Shown here one piece after another: positions 41,498 through 46,302 of a stretch of DNA of 46,302 bases. Under the pieces are notes generated by a model. The model was given only the letters and a program-made list of their open reading frames with translations, made no database searches and was not told the DNA's origin. Numbering within the stretch: the first letter of the stretch is position 1; each line of letters opens with the position of its first letter. Origin of the DNA: Saprolegnia diclina VS20 (lineage: Eukaryota); NCBI RefSeq assembly GCF_000281045.1, contig NW_008246088.1, forward strand, positions 617,328 to 663,629, given 5' to 3'. The translations under genes and the position numbers were made by a program.

Positions 41498-42604
41498 ATG
41501 GCCAAGGGAGGCAAGCCAGCTCCCAAGCCAGTGCCCAAGCCGGCGCCCAAGCCGGCGCCCAAGCCAGCTCCTGCTCCAGCACCAGCCCCGAAGCCAGCTC
41601 CAGCACCCAAACCAGCGCCAGCTCCAGCACCCAAGCCAGCACCCAAGCCAGCACCCAAGCCAGCACCCGCGCAAGGAACGAGGCCGCTCGTTCGCCCCAA
41701 TATGCCTCCTGCAACACCCAGTCCGCATTATGTGTTCGTGGCGCCAACGCCGCTTTGGGTCGTGCGACCCGTGCCCATTGTAGTCGTCTTTACTGCGACA
41801 ACGTACTGGTCGCGGCCGTCGTGCAGCAGTCGGTACTGTCAGAGTGACTTTGCGGCGTGCCGTCGGCTGTACAGCTACGACGACTGCGTCTGCGTACCCG
41901 GTCTTCTCCACTGCATGGAGCGGCAATGCTATACCGACTACCCGTGGGCGGTCTCCGAGTGCCTGCGCGGTGTGAACCCGCGGGCGCTCTGCCATCTCTC
42001 GTGCGCACCTATCGTGCCGGGGGACTTTAGCGCGGCCGTGGTGCCGCCAAGCAACTACAGCGTACTTCTTCGTCTGTCCGTTCAAGGCATCTCCACCAGC
42101 GATTGGGCAGCGTACGAGGTCAATGTGCCAGAGCTGCTCCAAGCGGCGCAGGTGCAAGCGACCAACGGCAGTGGGCCGTGGCCCGTCACCCTCTACACTG
42201 CGCCGTACGAGGCCGACAATGACTCGCACACGGAGCTAATGGCCGAAATCCATACGACGAGTCCCTCGAGCATGCTCAGCGCCCAAGCGTTCTTTCTCAA
42301 CGCGTCGGCGACCGAGTGGCTTGCGACGACCTTGTGGCACTACGGTGTCCTCTTCAACACGAGCCAGTTGGCCATCACCAGCGTTCAGACATTCGTGCGT
42401 CCGCTCTCCAACGCTACGGCCCCCACGACAACCATGGACAATTTCCCAACGATAGAGCCACCCACAACGACAGCAGCGCTGGACTCGGGTCTTGGGTTCA
42501 TTTTAGGATCCTTGCTCGGACTGGGAATGCTTGGGCTCGGGTACCTGTGCCAGCGCCGCCAACGGCGAACATCGATGACGTATACCAACATTGAAATGCG
42601 TTGA
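41498..42604 (+). CDS. Single-pass membrane protein with an N-terminal KPAP/PA repeat, Cys-rich module and Thr-rich stalk
   Basis: KPAP repeats, an 8-Cys cluster (CSSRYCQSDFAAC...CVC...C...C), several N-glycosylation sequons, C-terminal TM GLGFILGSLLGLGMLGLGYLC followed by a basic stop-transfer stretch. Confidence 0.7.
   Translation: MAKGGKPAPKPVPKPAPKPAPKPAPAPAPAPKPAPAPKPAPAPAPKPAPKPAPKPAPAQGTRPLVRPNMPPATPSPHYVFVAPTPLWVVRPVPIVVVFTATTYWSRPSCSSRYCQSDFAACRRLYSYDDCVCVPGLLHCMERQCYTDYPWAVSECLRGVNPRALCHLSCAPIVPGDFSAAVVPPSNYSVLLRLSVQGISTSDWAAYEVNVPELLQAAQVQATNGSGPWPVTLYTAPYEADNDSHTELMAEIHTTSPSSMLSAQAFFLNASATEWLATTLWHYGVLFNTSQLAITSVQTFVRPLSNATAPTTTMDNFPTIEPPTTTAALDSGLGFILGSLLGLGMLGLGYLCQRRQRRTSMTYTNIEMR
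41513..41671 (+). repeat. Coding minisatellite of 12-bp/6-bp units encoding (KPAP)n(AP)n
   Basis: AAGCCAGCACCC-type units repeated over 53 codons. Confidence 0.9.
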
Positions 42605-42715
42605 GTGCCGTCAAGTGCTCGTCTGCATGTACTGAAGTCATAAAGGATGACGGCAAAATCCAAGACAATATTGTCCACACGCAAAATATATATGATGTAA
42701 ATGCACTATAGTCGT

Positions 42716-44026
42716 TTACGCGTCGTGGGGTCCGAAAAACTCGTAGTGGACTTGCGACGCCGGAATGTGCCACTGCGATAGGACAATGTCGCGCACAGAG
42801 CGCATAAAGCCCGGCGGACCGCAAAAGTAGTAGTGCGCGTCCTTGGTGGGAATGATCTCGTCGAGGAGGTCGGCGCTGAGGCGGCCGTGGCGCTCGCCGT
42901 CGACCGGCGAGCCGTACACGCTCACAAACGACACATTGTCTGCCGTCCGCGCGCGGAGTTCGTCGCGAAGCGCCTCGACGGCCGGCGACCGCGCCGCGTG
43001 TACGAATAGGATTGTGTTCGGCACGTTCTTGTCGAGGAGGTCGTGGACCATGGCGGCCAAGGGCGTGATGCCGACGCCGCCGCTAAGGAGCACGATCGGC
43101 TTGTCACTGGCGTCCTGCAAGAAAAAGTCGCCGCAGGGCACCGACACTTGCAGCGTGTCGCCTTCGTGCACGTCGTCATGGAGGTACGACGAGATTTTGC
43201 CCATCGGACACCCGGACGCGGCAGGTCCCTCGCGCTTGACCGTGATGCGGTACTCGTCCTTGCCTAGATACTAACGTGTAAGACGACACTCGCTGGTGCA
43301 AGAAGAGGAATGTACGGGGCGCCATCGAGAGCGAGTAGTTGCGCTGCGTCGTAAACTGCTCGGTCTCGAAACGCACGCCGACGTACTGGCCGGGGCGGAA
43401 GGCCACGAGCGGCTTGTCGTCCGCCGGACGCAAGTGGAATGACTTGATCTCGCTCGACTCGGAAACGACCTTGGCGACGACAAAGTTGCGCCAGCCGTAC
43501 CAGCCGCCGGGCTGCGACCCAATCTCGTCGCGGATCGCTTTTTCGCGCGCGATGCACACGTCGGCGAGGAAGCCGTAGGCCTCGGCCCACGCCGCCACGA
43601 TCTCGGGCGTCGCAGCGGCGCCTAGCACCGTCTGGATCGCCGCCAAGAGGTGTGTGCCCACGACGTCGTAGTGCTCGGGCAGGATCTCGAGCGACACGTG
43701 CTTGTGCGCGATGCGCTCGACCGCAGCCGTGAGCGCGCCGAGGTCTAGTACCAGATCATACATCAATGCACGGTCACGAGATGAGGAGGCGGTGTACTGT
43801 CAATGTTGTTGGCGTACGCGACGACGGCGTCGGCGAGGGCGGCGGGCTGGCGCGCGCGCGACTCGCCCGGCAGCACCACTTGGTGCGTCGGGTTGAAGAG
43901 CGCGGCGATCTTCGGGTCGCTCGGCAGCATCGTCGAGTACATTTGCGACGTGATCGCGTAGCCGTGCTCGCCGACGACGGGCGCCGTGGCCTTGACGAGG
44001 CGGATCGTGTCAAGCGAGAGCGTCAT
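42716..44026 (-). CDS. hmp: Flavohemoglobin (nitric oxide dioxygenase, Hmp/YHB1 family), 3 exons
   Basis: Globin (TIRLVKATAPVV...QPAALADAVVAYA...VERIAHKHVSLEILPEHYDVVG.HLL), FAD-binding (FRPGQY...RNYSLS...YRITVKREG...GKISSYLH) and NAD-binding (LLSGGVGITP...YYFCGPPGFM...HYEFFGP) regions; introns 43797-43745 and 43315-43264. Confidence 0.95.
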
Positions 44027-44539
44027 GGCTGTAGTGGCTGGAGCGTGGTGAATGGAAATATGAGCTCTTGGCAGCCAAGCGAAGCTGCCAGGCCTCGCAA
44101 TCGTTTCGGCCAGCGTCGTCGGTTTTGGCTGCGACATGCGCGCAGCATACATCGGATGTCGCCAGAAATACGCATATGACGTGGCACGCTGACAGAGCGA
44201 GAGGCCTCGTATACACGGCGCGTGTTTGTGCAGCCACTGGGCAGTTTGGCTGCATGGAAGAAGAGGAAACAAAGTAGGTGGAGGAGGGAACGGATGGCGC
44301 TTTGTTTGTTAGCTGAGGTCTCTACGGCTATTTCAACACGCATGCTTTACGAACCCAGTTAGATTGTAGTGGAAGGTTCTTGGCAGAAATATATTTTCCA
44401 TTTCAAGAGTTTCAGAACAACAACACTGATGTGGGCCAATGAACCGCGTCGGGTTTAAAGCGCTGGACTGTTCGGCTTGGCGTTGCGGATCGCTGTGGCG
44501 GGGAGGTAGGCTGAGGTTGAAGAACGATCCTCAATAAAA

Positions 44540-44905
44540 CCGATCGACTCTAACTCGTCGACGTGTTGTGCGCACATCTTGGTCAGCACGGTGTTCTTGA
44601 TTGCAGGGCTCTAGAACGAGGCTATGATGCTAGTGCCATTGAGCGACACGCGCCGCGGTAGGTTATAACAAAAGATGCGAGTATTCAGGACTCGCCAGAC
44701 GTTGAAGCAGAAGCAGGTGTACCGCTCCAGCTTCTGGTTCAAGTAGCGAAACGCAGCTTGGTGCCTGTTGGAGGCCGAATGGGGCATCGAGAAGAGGTAA
44801 CCCGCGAGCGTCGTCGGCAAGACCACTCCCAAGGGGCCTGTGTCCGCTTAGAGTGCACCCCACATGTCCTTGATGACGTCGCAGTCGACGAGAAAGTGGC
44901 GAAAA
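44540..44905 (-). mobile_element. Degenerate 3' fragment of a non-LTR retrotransposon (L1/Tx1-like ORF2 tail after the zf-RVT finger)
   Basis: Minus-strand translation FRHFLVDCDVIKDMWGAL*...GVVLPTTLAGYLFSMP...RHQAAF...CFNVWRVLNTRIF resembles the HLF..C....W ... IW..RN..IF LINE tail; internal stops. Confidence 0.5.
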
Positions 44906-45150
44906 CTAGATTTTATTGTGGTGACCTGTGATTGTCGGTAGTGTTCCTCTCGATAACCCTGCTTCATCAGCAAATGCACCTTAACTAACTGAGCTGAGGC
45001 GCTGCATTTAACGTAAAGGGTTCTCTGGGTACCCTATGCCTGACGTATCGTGCGCATCAAGGTGCAAATGTGTGAATGTAGGTCTTTTGCGACCATCATT
45101 CAAAACAATCTATGCATACGATGGCGCGCACAGTTCAAGTTGCCACCAAG

Positions 45151-45801
45151 ATGGCCACCGCCCTCTATCGCATCCGTGTTGTCCGTGTCCACCGGGGCAA
45201 GTGCATTGTCGTCTTCCGCGTCTATAATGTCTACTACGACGGGTGCCATACGGTGCCATCGGATGCCTCCTTCTTCGTGCTCCTCCTCGACGAAGACCCG
45301 TTCCTCTTTCTGTCGTACGCCACGGTCGGTCCCAAGCGCAGTTTCTCGAACGCCAACGAGCACTTTGCCATTGCCTCCAACGGCCAAGCGCTCGACTATG
45401 ATTGGATGACTGCAAATGCACACAAGTTTGTCAAGCGCGTCGAGCAGACAGCGTACGCGCCGGCAACACTGAAGACGAACGCCACGTTCGTCTACAGCGG
45501 CTTCAAGCAGGAGCGGCAGCTAGAGCAAGGCGTGTACGAAGTCGAGTATACTGATCCCAAGTGGATCGAACACTTTCAGGTCGGCCACGTGTGGCAGTCG
45601 TACTGTTTTGACGTGCTGCACTGCTTGCCCATTGATACCTCGCACCTCGAACCCGTGGCGACGCCCAAGCCAAGACCCACCCGCGCTGCTGCAAGGTCCA
45701 CCACGAAAGCCAAGACGAAGATGCCAGTCAAGAAGTCAACACCTGTCAAGGCAGGCGCGACTCAAAAGGCCGTCGCACGAAAACGCCAGACAAAGATCTA
45801 G
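45151..45801 (+). CDS. Hypothetical protein: globular beta-rich domain plus Lys/Ala/Thr-rich basic tail
   Basis: ATG 45151 follows an Inr-like CAGTTCAAGTTGCC (the upstream ATG at 45121 is also possible); YRIRVVRV...FRVYNVYYD...SFFVLLL...YEVEYTDPKWIEHF.VG.VW; histone H1-like tail composition. Confidence 0.6.
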   Translation: MATALYRIRVVRVHRGKCIVVFRVYNVYYDGCHTVPSDASFFVLLLDEDPFLFLSYATVGPKRSFSNANEHFAIASNGQALDYDWMTANAHKFVKRVEQTAYAPATLKTNATFVYSGFKQERQLEQGVYEVEYTDPKWIEHFQVGHVWQSYCFDVLHCLPIDTSHLEPVATPKPRPTRAAARSTTKAKTKMPVKKSTPVKAGATQKAVARKRQTKI

Positions 45802-46090
45802 AGAAGCATCACGCAACTTACCTCATTGATATTCAACTCCATTTCGAAAATCAAGTTTGCAACAAAGAGGTGGGGACTGTCCCATTCGGAGGACCCCGCA
45901 TTTATCGAACCGATCGGTAAATCCTCATGTACACAGATCAGCAGAGTGCAACCAAGAGTTCGCATGGCTACATGTACGACCAAGGGCATTGAAGTACTCA
46001 CTTCCAGACCGTTCGCTGTGGCCGTTTCTAGGATACATCGAGTTAGCAAAAGCTTGCAACGGATTGTGTCGCTTGCACTCAACGGTCGCC

Positions 46091-46302
46091 ATGGCCTCGA
46101 TCGTCGCCGGTGTAAATGTTGTTGGCCTCGCAGGCGGGGTCGTTCTCGTGCTCTGCGCCTTCCGCCCGCTTCTTTGGCTCGTCCGGGCCAAAGCCGTCGA
46201 CGAGATCTCGGTTGTATGGACGGTACTGCACGCTGCTGGCCTCGTCTGCTCGTGCGTCTACCTTGTACTCTTGGAGGCGTGGGCGGGCGCGCTCCCGTTG
46301 GC
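46091..46302 (+). CDS. 5' part of a second SemiSWEET/PQ-loop-like gene, running off the window (paralog of 801-1478)
   Basis: Absent from the ORF track because it has no stop. MASIVAGVNVVGLAGGVVLVLCAFRPLLWLVRAKAVDEISVVWTVLHAAGLVCSCVYLVLLEAWAGALPL aligns without gaps to VNALGFSGGVILSICTVPQIYSIVKTKSAGDVSMVFTVMYFFGVATSAAYMFLINAYAAAWPL. Confidence 0.7.
   Translation, partial: MASIVAGVNVVGLAGGVVLVLCAFRPLLWLVRAKAVDEISVVWTVLHAAGLVCSCVYLVLLEAWAGALPL

Noticed and set aside
1..46302. Bacterial origin or contamination of the window, suggested by fabF, oafA-like, hmp and VOC genes
   Set aside because: fabF and hmp contain spliceosomal introns and are interspersed with eukaryote-specific genes (PIG-T, F-box/LRR, RING-H2).

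Overview
Eukaryotic, GC-rich, gene-dense genomic DNA with many very short (about 40-58 nt) GT-AG introns. Gene content (PAN/Apple lectin-like proteins, an EGCT-type ankyrin family, pogo/Mutator-derived genes) points to an oomycete, most likely Saprolegniales (Saprolegnia/Achlya-like); this is inference. About 31 genes or gene fragments are supported, many spliced by hand and so not visible as single ORFs: two SemiSWEET/PQ-loop paralogs at the window ends, an N-terminally truncated NMD3-like gene, a 10-exon FabF/OXSM ketoacyl-ACP synthase, paralog pairs (SPRY-like, GGCT-like, PAN/Apple, coiled-coil RING-H2), an OafA-like AT3-SGNH acyltransferase, a VOC/glyoxalase, F-box/LRR, a divergent ferroportin, GNAT, PIG-T, flavohemoglobin and several hypotheticals. 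Mobile DNA comprises a PIF/Harbinger (Tourist-like) non-autonomous element with perfect 14-bp TIRs and a TAA TSD, and a LINE 3' remnant. The most notable observation is two genes about 3.4 kb apart in which the same paralogous ankyrin module is spliced onto DNA-binding domains from two different transposon superfamilies (pogo/CENP-B HTH and Mutator zinc finger), with a probably catalytically dead pogo/TIGD gene nearby and a recurrent palindromic promoter motif (TATCCGGATA). No rRNA, tRNA or CRISPR array was seen. A 100-N gap looks like a false gap.
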